DNA of 64,000 bases, taken from positions 32,001-96,000 of the IMG/VR virus record IMGVR_UViG_3300031952_000005; one strand, written 5' to 3'. The translations under genes and the position numbers were made by a program. This DNA is from a virus. The notes under the pieces are model-generated. The model was not told the origin of the DNA, searched no databases, and saw only the letters and a list, made by a program, of their open reading frames with translations. Each line of letters opens with the position of its first letter. The first letter of the stretch is position 1. Shown here piece after piece: positions 19,282-30,045 of the stretch.

Positions 19282-22200
19282 TTATTTGAAGCAAGAAAGA
19301 GCATCTTTCAGTTGGTCAATTATTGAGGCGTCAGTAATAATGTCCTCCTTTACAAATTTACTAATTTCTTTTGACTTTTCTGCATTTACAGTTTTGAAAT
19401 CTTTAAGTTCCTCATTTAATGATTCTAACATGTTGCGATTAGTTGACAATACATTAGGAGTATTTACTACATCAAACAAATCAATTTGTTGTTCTTTACC
19501 AGCAGTAGGTGCTTTTTTCTTTGGTGCATACTTGATTGGTTTACCAGTTATAACAGATTCACGTATTCCTTCAAGTTTAGTTTTACCTTCTTTTATTGAT
19601 GCATATTCTTGTAATGTTTTAAAGTCAGTACCATTTTTACTATTATGCACTTTCATAGATTTTTCACCACGCGCTTGCATACTACTATACATCATAGTAT
19701 CTAGTTTGTCTTCTGGATTAGTCAATGCACTATCCATAAATGTTTTTACAAACTCAATATCCTTTCTAGTATTATTAGCAGAATCTACAATTTCCTGTGC
19801 TTTTACTTCTGTCTCAACAGTTTGTACTACATTATCATTTTTATCTTTTACATCAAATGTTTGTTGAGTATTTGTTTGAACAACAAAAGATTCTTTAGTC
19901 ACTGGTTCAACAGCAGGTAAATCCATCATTTGACGAAGTAAAGCACTTTGATCTAATGCATTTTCATTTTCTTCAGGAGCAGCATTTACATTTGGAGTAG
20001 GAGCTGGCGTAGGTGCAGGAGTTACAATTGGTGCAGGTTGTGGTGGTGTAGGTGGTTCTTCTTCTTCTACATTAACAACAGGTTCTTCAGGTATTTCTTC
20101 TACTGGTACAACAGGTGCACTTGATGCAGAAGTTTTATTTATTATTTTATTTAACGCTGCAAGTATATATTGTTTTTCAAGTAATATATCATCAATTTGT
20201 TCTTGAGTACCGTCGATAGTTAATTCATCATAAATTTCATTTACCTCAGTAAGTTCATGTCGTAACTCAAGTTCTGACATATCCAAGTATTGTTGTCCAG
20301 GTGTTGTCTCAGGAATTTCGTGTACAGGATCTTCAGATGTATTTAGTAAACCATTAGCTGCAGCAACTGCTTCTTCTTCAGTTGCATGTCCTTGTGTAAT
20401 AACTGTTTTGTTACTATCCATAACACCAAATGTACCATCAGGATCTTGAAAAGTTTGATTATCTAAATTTACTGGAGTAATATTTTGTTTAGCAATTTCT
20501 ACAAGTGCTTCAATTGATTGTTTAAATTGTGATGAGTTTACAAGTTTTTCTTCATTAGGACCTAGTGCAATTTCACCACGAGCAATTTTATCTACAAGTA
20601 ATTGTTCTTTAACTGGTTCAATTTTACCAGTAGCAATCATTTGATCATACTCTTCATCTGTAATGTCTTCTACATACTCGTTTGGTGCATACTTTTTAGT
20701 TATGTCAGCAAACTTTGCAATCATGTTATCTTTAAGATCATCAAACAACTTTTGTGCATACTCACCATTTGCAATACCAAGATTTGGATCAAGTGATATG
20801 GTCAATAAGTTTTTATAGTTTTCATCTTCATACAGCATGTTTATTACTTCAAAACCAATTTGCACTTTATCTGATTGATTAAATGCACCATTTACTTCTT
20901 CTAAACTATCAAGTAATCCACCTTGACCATATACACTTGCGTATATATCAAGTTGAAATCTATTTAAAAATGATATAATTTGAAACTTCATTTTACCATC
21001 AGACATTTTGCTAATAGCATACTTAAAGTTTTTAGGATTCATCAATGTATCAACAGCACTCATGTAATCTTTTGTGTCTTTATCAAGTTTCATATAATCT
21101 ACTAACTTGTTATGCACATCACGCATTGCTGTTTCAGATATTTCAGTATCAACACCTGCCTGTTTATTTTTTACATTTAATAGTTTTCTAAATACTTCGA
21201 TTACTTCTGCATCATGTGAGTCAAATGTAGTATTAGTACTTGCAACATCTTCACCATCTTCATTAGTAACTGTTTGTACTTTATCTAATCGTTTACCAAC
21301 AAATGTATCTAGTACAACATTATCTCTTGTTACAACTTCTCCTTCTTCGTTTAAAGCAATACCTACATCAGTACGTTTACTAAAGTAAGACTGCCACTTT
21401 TGTAAATTTTCTAGTTCATCTTTCTTATCTTCAATTTGCTTTTTAATTTTAGGTGTCAGTGATGCATCAGTATTTTGTTGTAAGTTATTTTCATATATTC
21501 TTAATTCAGACATGATGTTACCTAATTCATCATTAAGTATTTTAGGATCTGTTAATACACGTATAACATAATCTGAACTAGTAGCAATACTTGAGTTGCT
21601 TAATAACTCTTGTGATATTTGACTAGCACGTTTTGCAGTCATATCACCTTTGACAGCATTCATTGCAATTATATGAACAGCATCTTCTTCTGCAGAACGA
21701 GCAATCATTGCTGTATAATGTTCTTTACTACCTGGAGTATATAAACTAGGTTCTGTAAAATTCTTTATCTTATTTCTCAGACCATCTGTTACGTCAGAAT
21801 ATTTTTTAATATCATTTGCCAGATTCTTAGAAAAGTCTAATGGTGTTGCATACTTAGTATCTTCTAGTTTAACACCAAATGATTTTTCAAAATCCTCATT
21901 ACTCATGTCCACACCCATCTCACGAACAGCTCTTTGCAATACATCGATAGAATCTGTACGTTTAGCGGCAGATATTGCAGATACTAATGCATTATCTCTA
22001 CTATTTTCAAATTCATATTGTAAACCTTTTGCTGCAGCTTCTGCTTGATTCTGTCCTTCTTGTACTTGATTAACAAAATTTACTATTTTATGTTTAAAGT
22101 TTCTTTCTTCTGTTTGTTTGAAGAAAGTATTTAAATATTCTATGTCTTTATCAAACTGTTTTTTAACAGCAAGTACAGGATTATCTCCAGGAGTTTTTGC

Positions 22201-24096
22201 ATATTGACGCTCACTCATTTTGTCAGAGATACCTTCTAATGCTTTTGTTGTAACATGTACAGGTAATCTAACAAGTGTTCCTGTTAATGCACCCATCAAG
22301 AATGTTTTTAATCCTTGTTTACTTATCTCATCTTCAAATGCTTTACCAAATGATTCACTTAGTATAGAATTAGATTTCTGATACTGACCAACATAATAGT
22401 CTTTCCAACCATTTGCTGATATACCTTGCATGTTTTCTTGTAAACCTTCTACAAGTTCAAACCTTGCCATGTCTTTAAAGAATGCTTTACCTACTTGATA
22501 GGTTGCTTCTTTTTTACCAAAGTCTTTTGCTATTTGTCCAGTTACACCATACGCTCCAGCAAATCCTTTTTTGTAAAATTTCTTTAATCCATTCTTTTCT
22601 ACTAGTAATAAGTTATCTTTTGTTGCTTCTACCAACTCACGCATAGTTTTGTTTGCTGGTATAAACTTATTAAACATATTACCAAACTGTAACTTGTTAG
22701 TTGCCAGTAAGATAGCCATGTTTGTTTTGTAATTAGCTCCACTTGAATCCATTGAGATTTTTCTCATTTCTTCAAACTGAACTTCATTAGGATCATCACC
22801 ATTATTACTATTACGATGATCTTCAATAAGTTTGTTTAATGTATCACCATAAGAAGACACTGCTTCAAAAGATGATTCTGTCGCAGACATATTTAGTTCT
22901 TGTGCAACACGTCTAAGACCTTGTGCACCTATACCAATAAGTTTACCAGTAGAAAGTCCTGCTTCTACACCAGCTGCAACTCTTTCACCATATCGTATAC
23001 CACTACCTAGTAATGGTAATCCTCTTGCAACATTGCCAGTTAACTCAGCAATGCTTTTTGATTTCATTATACCTGGCAAATTACCACTAAATACAGTAAA
23101 CGTATCATTTAATGCTTGACGTGCAACAGAACCAGATACATTTGCAATTTCTGATGCTTCTCCTATTTTGTTTAATAATCTGATTTCTTCTGCAGATTTA
23201 TTACCTAACGTAAATCCTTGTGCAACATCTCTAAAAATATTTGTTTTTGTTGCAAGTGCTTCTGCAGATTCTCTTGCACCAACTTCTAGTGCATCCTTTC
23301 CCATCATTCTTCCAAATCCTGCACCAATTTTTGCAAAGGTAGGAGCAAATAATGCTGCGCCCGCACCACCTTCAGGAAGTGTTAATCCTGTAATTAATAT
23401 GTCTGCTGCAATTTCTAATGATAATGCACCAAATGTTCCAAGCATAAATCCACTACTACCTATAAATTCTGATATGGTTCCTTTAGTAAATATGCTATCT
23501 TGATCTTCAGGTGTTTGAAATACAAAGTTTTTTTGTGCATCTTTTTGGTCTTGATAATACTGTTGCATCATCTCATCTTCAGATGGCATAAGTAATGACA
23601 TATCCATGTTTGCTATTGCAGAACCTATTCTACCATAACCAATAAAGTTTTCTTTAAATGCTGCACCAAACTTACTTGACATAGAATCAAATCCTTTTGC
23701 AAGAGCAGTACCCCATGTTTCTTCTTTTAATGCTCTGTCAAAATTGGTAGAATCTAATGGGTTAAATCCACTAGCATTAAATGATTCTTGTTGTGTAAAA
23801 TTTGCAATAGTATCTGCATCCTGATATCTTACCCCAGGTGACTCTTGATAAGTCATAGAATCAATAAGAGACTTTCCAGGATTTATTTCTCGCGCAAGTT
23901 GTTGGGCACTTGCATTTTGTGCGTTACGCATTGTTTCTGCAAATGATCCATCACCAGGACCAGTAGGTATATTTTCTGGTACTATATTGGTGTTATTTGC
24001 TTGACTTTGTGATGACATTATTGAGGCAAAATCCTGTTGTTGATTTGCATCTGTAGCGTTTAATGATGCTGCTTCTAATTCTGTATTTTCTGCCAT
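19282..24096 (-). CDS. Large virion ejection protein, 1604 aa, with hydrophobic Gly/Ala-rich segments and a Pro-rich linker
   Basis: Hydrophobic stretch GFMLGTFGALSLEIAADILITGLTLPEGGAGAALFAPTFAKIGAGF; helical body; PPTPPQPAPIVTPAPTPAPTP linker; only one Cys; located immediately upstream of the RNAP gene. Confidence 0.65.
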   Translation of the reverse strand: MAENTELEAASLNATDANQQQDFASIMSSQSQANNTNIVPENIPTGPGDGSFAETMRNAQNASAQQLAREINPGKSLIDSMTYQESPGVRYQDADTIANFTQQESFNASGFNPLDSTNFDRALKEETWGTALAKGFDSMSSKFGAAFKENFIGYGRIGSAIANMDMSLLMPSEDEMMQQYYQDQKDAQKNFVFQTPEDQDSIFTKGTISEFIGSSGFMLGTFGALSLEIAADILITGLTLPEGGAGAALFAPTFAKIGAGFGRMMGKDALEVGARESAEALATKTNIFRDVAQGFTLGNKSAEEIRLLNKIGEASEIANVSGSVARQALNDTFTVFSGNLPGIMKSKSIAELTGNVARGLPLLGSGIRYGERVAAGVEAGLSTGKLIGIGAQGLRRVAQELNMSATESSFEAVSSYGDTLNKLIEDHRNSNNGDDPNEVQFEEMRKISMDSSGANYKTNMAILLATNKLQFGNMFNKFIPANKTMRELVEATKDNLLLVEKNGLKKFYKKGFAGAYGVTGQIAKDFGKKEATYQVGKAFFKDMARFELVEGLQENMQGISANGWKDYYVGQYQKSNSILSESFGKAFEDEISKQGLKTFLMGALTGTLVRLPVHVTTKALEGISDKMSERQYAKTPGDNPVLAVKKQFDKDIEYLNTFFKQTEERNFKHKIVNFVNQVQEGQNQAEAAAKGLQYEFENSRDNALVSAISAAKRTDSIDVLQRAVREMGVDMSNEDFEKSFGVKLEDTKYATPLDFSKNLANDIKKYSDVTDGLRNKIKNFTEPSLYTPGSKEHYTAMIARSAEEDAVHIIAMNAVKGDMTAKRASQISQELLSNSSIATSSDYVIRVLTDPKILNDELGNIMSELRIYENNLQQNTDASLTPKIKKQIEDKKDELENLQKWQSYFSKRTDVGIALNEEGEVVTRDNVVLDTFVGKRLDKVQTVTNEDGEDVASTNTTFDSHDAEVIEVFRKLLNVKNKQAGVDTEISETAMRDVHNKLVDYMKLDKDTKDYMSAVDTLMNPKNFKYAISKMSDGKMKFQIISFLNRFQLDIYASVYGQGGLLDSLEEVNGAFNQSDKVQIGFEVINMLYEDENYKNLLTISLDPNLGIANGEYAQKLFDDLKDNMIAKFADITKKYAPNEYVEDITDEEYDQMIATGKIEPVKEQLLVDKIARGEIALGPNEEKLVNSSQFKQSIEALVEIAKQNITPVNLDNQTFQDPDGTFGVMDSNKTVITQGHATEEEAVAAANGLLNTSEDPVHEIPETTPGQQYLDMSELELRHELTEVNEIYDELTIDGTQEQIDDILLEKQYILAALNKIINKTSASSAPVVPVEEIPEEPVVNVEEEEPPTPPQPAPIVTPAPTPAPTPNVNAAPEENENALDQSALLRQMMDLPAVEPVTKESFVVQTNTQQTFDVKDKNDNVVQTVETEVKAQEIVDSANNTRKDIEFVKTFMDSALTNPEDKLDTMMYSSMQARGEKSMKVHNSKNGTDFKTLQEYASIKEGKTKLEGIRESVITGKPIKYAPKKKAPTAGKEQQIDLFDVVNTPNVLSTNRNMLESLNEELKDFKTVNAEKSKEISKFVKEDIITDASIIDQLKDALSCFK

Positions 24097-24099
24097 GAT

Positions 24100-26745
24100 T
24101 TATTTTTTCTTTTTTTGATCATCATAATATGCTTTTAAAAAACCCAAGTAATTATTGTAATCTGTTTTAATGTTTTTATCAAGTGCTAAAATACTATCAA
24201 TATCATCAGGTCCTGTCATTGGTAAAAACTCAACATTTGAACTAACCCACTTGTCTGTTTGAGGATCCTGAAATTTTGTACTATATGAAACAGAGTAGTT
24301 ACCATATTTGTCATAATTACCAGTAGCAGTAAAATCAAATCCTGCATCTTTGTATACCTTTTTAGCATTAATAGTAGTAGTTGGATTTTGAAACAAAGAA
24401 TTAAAATCTCCAATAGAAGTATTATTCATTGTAGATTCACTTACATTTTTCTTAAGTCTTGACAATGCTGGATTTGTGTTTATAGTATTGTAAGGTAATG
24501 TAATTACTAATGGTACTGTTGCAGTTTTAGGATTATCATTTTTATTTCTAACAGTAATTGTAACAACCTTTGCAGCAGGATTACTACTAATTTCATATTC
24601 ATTTCCTAATGCGTCTGCTTTTGCTGTGTTATTCATAGAAGCAAACTTGGTAAATACTTCAGGATTATTTGAATTTTTTGCAGCAACTGAACCAAATATG
24701 TTACCCCATTCATCTGGAGTTACACCAGTATTCATTCTTGTAAAAGTAGTACCTGCTGTTCTACCTTTAAACTCTGGTGTTATTATGCGATCTAATCCTG
24801 CTCTTTGTTGTACTGATAATCTAGATAAATCAAATATTGGATAATTTTTACTTGTTTTTCCCATTACTTTTACTTTACCTTCATACATCTCTTTTACAGT
24901 TCCATCAGGATTCATTATTGCTTTTGCAATATTTTCATAATTCTTTTCTAACTGTGCTTTCTGAGAAATTGTTTGATCAAATTTACCTAACATATTACTA
25001 AGCGTATATATCTGGTCTTTATAATTCTGAGCACTTCCTTGTTTTGAAAGTGTTGGAAGTAATTTTCTTGCTTTGTTATGTATACCAAGAGCAACAGCAT
25101 CAATCATTGTTTGTGCAACTTGTGCTGTTTTAGGATCAACTACTTGTACACCAGCGTGTCCACCAAGAATACCAAATAATTTTTTATCAGGTTCAGTAAG
25201 TTTTTCTTGACTGCCATTAGCAATTCTTTTTACTTTATCCATTACTGAATAAAACTTACCAGAATTTGCAGCACCTACAACAATGTTTAATACACCTTCT
25301 TTAGGATCAAATGCATCAGAAAATATTTCATTACGATTTTTGTTTAATGAATCTAATACAATATCTACACCAGGAACAGCATCTGCTTGTGGAGTACTAG
25401 GATCAAAATCTGCTTGACTAGTACCTATAATACTACTACTAGGTAATTCACCTTTTGCAACTGCTTGTTTAATTTTTAATTGCATATCATCTACATGAAA
25501 TCTTTCATCTTGTGCCATTTTTTTTGCAGCAAGATCTGCTTCTTGATTCATTTTTGCATATGCAAGACTCTGATCCATTTTGATTTTGTACAAACTCATC
25601 TGAACATCATCTTGGTCAATCTCAACTTTTGCAGTTACATTTGCATAATTCTTACCCCAGTCTAATGCAGTTTTTATCATTGCATTATTCTTATAAAGAT
25701 TGTGTAAATTATTAGCAATATATTCATAACCACCATTAGTTACATCAGCAACATCTTTATCAGCATTTGCACTAATCTTTTCAAGTTCTTCTTTTTGTTT
25801 CATCAAATCATCATAGTACACTTTTTTTATTGCAGGAACTCCATCAGGATATTCTCTGTCAAATACTTCAAGTTTTTCTTTAACGTCTGACAATCCTAAG
25901 TTTGTTTGTGTTTGCACTTTTGTTGCTTCTGCAACAGTAGGTTGTTCAATTTTTTTTGCAAGATTCTGTAACGCTTGGTCTCTAGAAACTTTAGTAGTTT
26001 CCATTTCCTGTTGTATATCATTTTCAGCATTCATAAAACCCATTACCTGCATTTGGTCATTAAATCTGCCATCATTTTTTATTTCTGACATTGCCCATTG
26101 TGCAAATGATGGAGCAACATCTGCTCCATTAGTTTTTTTAATTTTGTAAAAACCATGTAGTTCATCTCTAACAATTATAGCATCTATCTTTTTTGCACGT
26201 TCATCAAGAAAACCCATCACATCTTCAAATGGTACAAAGTTTCTTGGTTGTGCTTTTAGTATACTACCATCACCACGTTTTGAATTCTTTAGTTCATTAA
26301 TACCATAGTTCATGTACGCCATACTATAATCATTTGCAAGTGCTCTCTGTTTAGGATCATCACTTGCTTTTAAATTATTATACTTGCCTATTTCAGTACC
26401 ATAGTATTTTGTAAGTGCAATATCGCGACCAAACTCTTTATCTTGTGTAATAGGATCTACAATAGAATTTGCAGTACTAATGTTTGCAGGATTTGATAAA
26501 TCTAGATTTGAAATGTCTTTTAATGAACCTTGTATTTTTTTAAATACTTGTTTACGATATTCTTCATTAGAAGTAGAAGTCAATGGGTCATTTAATGCAG
26601 AGTTAACTATGTTTTTTACATAACTAAATCCACGATCATATTCACCTTGTTTGGTTCCTAGTACTTGTGTAAGAAAACCATAATCTGGTTTGAACATATT
26701 TCCCTGTGGAAACTCATCAGTAACTCCCTTTATAAATGTTGCCAT
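24100..26745 (-). CDS. Putative internal virion (cargo/ejection) protein, 881 aa
   Basis: Long ORF in the cargo cluster, helical/coiled-coil composition, no Cys seen; no catalytic motif recognised. Confidence 0.55.
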   Translation of the reverse strand: MATFIKGVTDEFPQGNMFKPDYGFLTQVLGTKQGEYDRGFSYVKNIVNSALNDPLTSTSNEEYRKQVFKKIQGSLKDISNLDLSNPANISTANSIVDPITQDKEFGRDIALTKYYGTEIGKYNNLKASDDPKQRALANDYSMAYMNYGINELKNSKRGDGSILKAQPRNFVPFEDVMGFLDERAKKIDAIIVRDELHGFYKIKKTNGADVAPSFAQWAMSEIKNDGRFNDQMQVMGFMNAENDIQQEMETTKVSRDQALQNLAKKIEQPTVAEATKVQTQTNLGLSDVKEKLEVFDREYPDGVPAIKKVYYDDLMKQKEELEKISANADKDVADVTNGGYEYIANNLHNLYKNNAMIKTALDWGKNYANVTAKVEIDQDDVQMSLYKIKMDQSLAYAKMNQEADLAAKKMAQDERFHVDDMQLKIKQAVAKGELPSSSIIGTSQADFDPSTPQADAVPGVDIVLDSLNKNRNEIFSDAFDPKEGVLNIVVGAANSGKFYSVMDKVKRIANGSQEKLTEPDKKLFGILGGHAGVQVVDPKTAQVAQTMIDAVALGIHNKARKLLPTLSKQGSAQNYKDQIYTLSNMLGKFDQTISQKAQLEKNYENIAKAIMNPDGTVKEMYEGKVKVMGKTSKNYPIFDLSRLSVQQRAGLDRIITPEFKGRTAGTTFTRMNTGVTPDEWGNIFGSVAAKNSNNPEVFTKFASMNNTAKADALGNEYEISSNPAAKVVTITVRNKNDNPKTATVPLVITLPYNTINTNPALSRLKKNVSESTMNNTSIGDFNSLFQNPTTTINAKKVYKDAGFDFTATGNYDKYGNYSVSYSTKFQDPQTDKWVSSNVEFLPMTGPDDIDSILALDKNIKTDYNNYLGFLKAYYDDQKKKK

Positions 26746-26766
26746 GTTTATCTATTATATAAAATA

Positions 26767-29700
26767 TTAATCTTCAAAAAAGTACAATGGTAATGCACCA
26801 AAATCAACTACTGTTCCACCATATTTTTTTATGTATCCACCGTATTTTCCTACTCTTTGTGGTATTGCTTGTCCTGCTGCAACTATATCACGCATATTAT
26901 TTCTTTGTGATGAACCTGTTCCAGAACCTGATTTACCAAGTTGACGTAACACTGCTTCGTGCGCTTGGTCAGAAGTCATTCCATTATTCATGTAGTCTTT
27001 TTTCATTGCTGCAAATTGAGGACCTGTAACATAACCATTACCAGATGCTACATCATTTGGATATGCAGCATTTTGATATGGATCATATAAAAGATTACCA
27101 TTCTCATCGTATGCCTCTCTACCTTGAGTAAAGTTAACATTACCATTTATACGATTAAATGCATACTGAGGAAACATACTTTCTAATTGATTAGTACGTT
27201 GCATATTAGTTGTACCATTATTAAACGCATCTATTACACCCCATTTTAAATCTCTACGTGCATTGTCGTATTGTTGATTTGCTGTTGCAGATTCTGCAAG
27301 ATATTTTTGTTGAGCATTTGCATTCAAAAGTCTTTCTTGATTTACAATTTGCGCATTTCTTGGAAGTGCTTGATTAACAGTATTAACATTTCTATTTTCT
27401 ACAGTACCAATAGTATTTGCAATTTGTCCAAGTCTTTGATTGGATTGTCCTACCATAGATGCACCTGCAACATTACCAGCAGTTGAGTTATAAGCACCTT
27501 CTCTTGTAGCTGCTGCATCTTCTTGTAGTGCTGCAATTTGTCTAGCAGGATCTTCTAATACGTAAGGAGAAGTTTCAAGATTTACTTTTGCTAATCCTGG
27601 ACCATACTTGCGCGCATCATCAGTCATTTTACCAGCAAAATAAACCTGGTCTTGTAACCACCATGGTTTTCTTTCTTGTGGTCCCATCTGATTTTCCATA
27701 ACAGGAATATCAAACTCTTGTTCTGCAGCAGGAGTGGTTTTTACAACTGGTGCAGGTTTTTTACTGATACCTGGTAAGTTATAATTTTCAACACCTGGTA
27801 CTAACGCACCTTCAATACCCATGTCAATGTACGGTTTGTTTCCAGAAACTGTTCCGATAGCAGCATTTTCATATTCTAACAAATGTGTCATTGCTGGATT
27901 TGCTTTACCTTTTCCTGCAATCTGATCTTGTCTCCATTTAGCAGCACCACCTGGATATGCATTAATTGCATCTGCGTGAATCTTCATGTATTCATCTAGT
28001 CCTCTTGTACCAGGTTTTATATCTTTATATAAAAATCCTGATTCTGGATCTATTTTATAACCTGTCTGAGAAGTTTGTGGTCCAACTGTTTTTTCTTTGT
28101 ATCTAAGATCTTCTGGTAGATAACCAAAGTTATAACCTTTGTCTTGAACAGTTTTTGTCAGGTCAGCATCTTCAACATCATATAAAATTACTTGTCCTTT
28201 TGTACCATCACTATACACAGGTCTTTTGTTACCTGTCTTATTAGAGTACTCATATCCTACAACTGTTTTACCAGAACCTTGTACAGTACTTGGTACACCA
28301 GGTTGTGTTCCTTGATGTTTAGGTAAATACAATCCACCATCTGCAAACTCTTCATCTGTATAAATAATATTATTATTAGGATTTGATGATTGCGCAGCTG
28401 CTTTTACTGGTACTTTAGATGCAACAGGTTTAACAGCATTGGTTACAACAGGTGCAGAAGCAACTACTACTTGTGGTTGTTTTACAGTGGGAGCATTTTC
28501 TTTTACAACAGTTCTGACATTTCTTTCTTGTGCTGTACGAGTTGTATCAATTGGTGTTGGAGCATAAACACTTTTAACTTTTGGTTGTGGTGTTACTTCA
28601 ACATTTGTATTTTCATTTTCATCAACTGCATGTAGTCCTGCTTGACCAATTCTACTTGCAATTGAATACCCTTTTGATAAAAGTTGTTCAAATGGTATTT
28701 TACCAATATATTGTGCTAGAAATTTACCAGCTTGTTTTCCATATTTTGCAGTTAATTCAGCAGCTTGTGCAACGTATGGGGCTGCTACTTGTACTGCTTT
28801 ACCAGTAAGTTTTACTGCACCTTTTCCTAATGCTACAGGTATTTCTGGATATATCATTGGATCTGTTGCAACATCTCCCCAGAAATGTTGAGTATCAGAT
28901 ACTGGTGAGTATCTTGATTTAGTATCCATGGGAGACTCATAGTAACCAGTTAACAACGAGTTAATACCTTTTTGAGGAAGAGTAAACATGTTAGCAGCAT
29001 AATCAAGTACACCACTAGAACCATTAAAAGGAATAAGTTCTTTTAATGCTTGTTTCATTCTTGGATCATCATCAGGATTATTAAGACTCTTTTTGAAATC
29101 AACACTACTCCAGTTTTCTCCAACTCTATCCCAATATCCTGTTGATGTATCTGGACCAACTTTATATGTATTTGTTGGTATGTATGGTTTTTCTTTTGCT
29201 ACTTTTTTCTTACCAGGTAATTTTTTAGTTTGTGGTTGTTTGGTTGTACCAGCTCTCTGATAGTATGCACTACCACCATAACGCATCTGACCTTCTTCTG
29301 CAGCTTCTTGTCCTTCCATCATTTCTTCTGGAGCACCTTGTTCTTGACCAGGTGCTTGTTGTCCTTGTAATCCTGCCATAACAGATTCTGCAATTGCAGG
29401 TATACCATCAGGAAATCCTTTCATAGATTCTTGTACCAATGCAAGCATACCAAGTTTCTCTAAATTGTTTTCTAACATTTTAGATGCAGTACGTTTACTT
29501 ATTTGATCATAATTATTATCCTTTAGAATATTCATATAGTTATTCATAGGATACTTATTTGCAATTTTTGCAGGAGTTACACCACCTTTGTCAAAACTAG
29601 TAATACCAAATATAGAAAGTACTTCTGGATCTTTAATTTTTAACTTCTTTGTATCAGAGAATATAAAAGAACCTGGTGCAACATTAAGAGGTACTCCACC

Positions 29701-29949
29701 TCCAGTATGTCTTTTACCAACAATTTTATTATGTTCTAAAAAACCATCATTGTTTATATCACCAATTACAGTTTCACCACCTTCAGCTTCTATATTTGCT
29801 TCTTCACGTGGTACTGCACTGATAGTGTTTTTGACATTACTATCTTGGTTAATTGGATTTACTTTAATGTATAAATCATTTCTATCAACTAAACTATAGT
29901 TACGTTGATCACCATTTTTTGGTAGTTGTTTTATTCTAATGTTGTACAT
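26767..29949 (-). CDS. Modular internal virion cargo protein, 1060 aa, with xxGG motifs
   Basis: N-terminal ANIEAEGGETV...GKRHTGGGVPL...FIFSD domain typical of crAss-like cargo genes; low-complexity linkers; MRYGG, FADGG, GKYGG, KKYGG motifs; Gln/Asn-rich coiled C-terminal region. Confidence 0.6.
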   Translation of the reverse strand: MYNIRIKQLPKNGDQRNYSLVDRNDLYIKVNPINQDSNVKNTISAVPREEANIEAEGGETVIGDINNDGFLEHNKIVGKRHTGGGVPLNVAPGSFIFSDTKKLKIKDPEVLSIFGITSFDKGGVTPAKIANKYPMNNYMNILKDNNYDQISKRTASKMLENNLEKLGMLALVQESMKGFPDGIPAIAESVMAGLQGQQAPGQEQGAPEEMMEGQEAAEEGQMRYGGSAYYQRAGTTKQPQTKKLPGKKKVAKEKPYIPTNTYKVGPDTSTGYWDRVGENWSSVDFKKSLNNPDDDPRMKQALKELIPFNGSSGVLDYAANMFTLPQKGINSLLTGYYESPMDTKSRYSPVSDTQHFWGDVATDPMIYPEIPVALGKGAVKLTGKAVQVAAPYVAQAAELTAKYGKQAGKFLAQYIGKIPFEQLLSKGYSIASRIGQAGLHAVDENENTNVEVTPQPKVKSVYAPTPIDTTRTAQERNVRTVVKENAPTVKQPQVVVASAPVVTNAVKPVASKVPVKAAAQSSNPNNNIIYTDEEFADGGLYLPKHQGTQPGVPSTVQGSGKTVVGYEYSNKTGNKRPVYSDGTKGQVILYDVEDADLTKTVQDKGYNFGYLPEDLRYKEKTVGPQTSQTGYKIDPESGFLYKDIKPGTRGLDEYMKIHADAINAYPGGAAKWRQDQIAGKGKANPAMTHLLEYENAAIGTVSGNKPYIDMGIEGALVPGVENYNLPGISKKPAPVVKTTPAAEQEFDIPVMENQMGPQERKPWWLQDQVYFAGKMTDDARKYGPGLAKVNLETSPYVLEDPARQIAALQEDAAATREGAYNSTAGNVAGASMVGQSNQRLGQIANTIGTVENRNVNTVNQALPRNAQIVNQERLLNANAQQKYLAESATANQQYDNARRDLKWGVIDAFNNGTTNMQRTNQLESMFPQYAFNRINGNVNFTQGREAYDENGNLLYDPYQNAAYPNDVASGNGYVTGPQFAAMKKDYMNNGMTSDQAHEAVLRQLGKSGSGTGSSQRNNMRDIVAAGQAIPQRVGKYGGYIKKYGGTVVDFGALPLYFFED

Positions 29950-29965
29950 AAACTTTTGAAGTTTA
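29949..29965. promoter_or_regulatory. 17-bp palindrome TAAACTT-TTG-AAGTTTA abutting the start codon (possible operator or translational hairpin)
   Basis: Perfect 7-bp arms; near-identical element at 60352-60368. Confidence 0.3.
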
Positions 29966-29987
29966 AAGTTAAAAATGATAAATCTCT

Positions 29988-30003
29988 TACATTTAGAATT
30001 TAC
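29988..30003 (-). promoter_or_regulatory. Putative phage late-promoter motif GTAAATTCTAAATGTA
   Basis: Intergenic; shares GTAAATTC-N4-TGTA exactly with 45501-45516 and 52481-52496. Confidence 0.55.
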
Positions 30004-30045
30004 AAATATAATTTGTTTTTTCCTATTTTGTTACAGAGTTTGTTA

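Noticed and set aside
19990-20110. Pro/Thr/Ala repeat (PAPTPAPTP) and poly-Gln tracts elsewhere as mobile or functional DNA repeats
   Set aside because: Ordinary low-complexity protein linkers without exact DNA periodicity.
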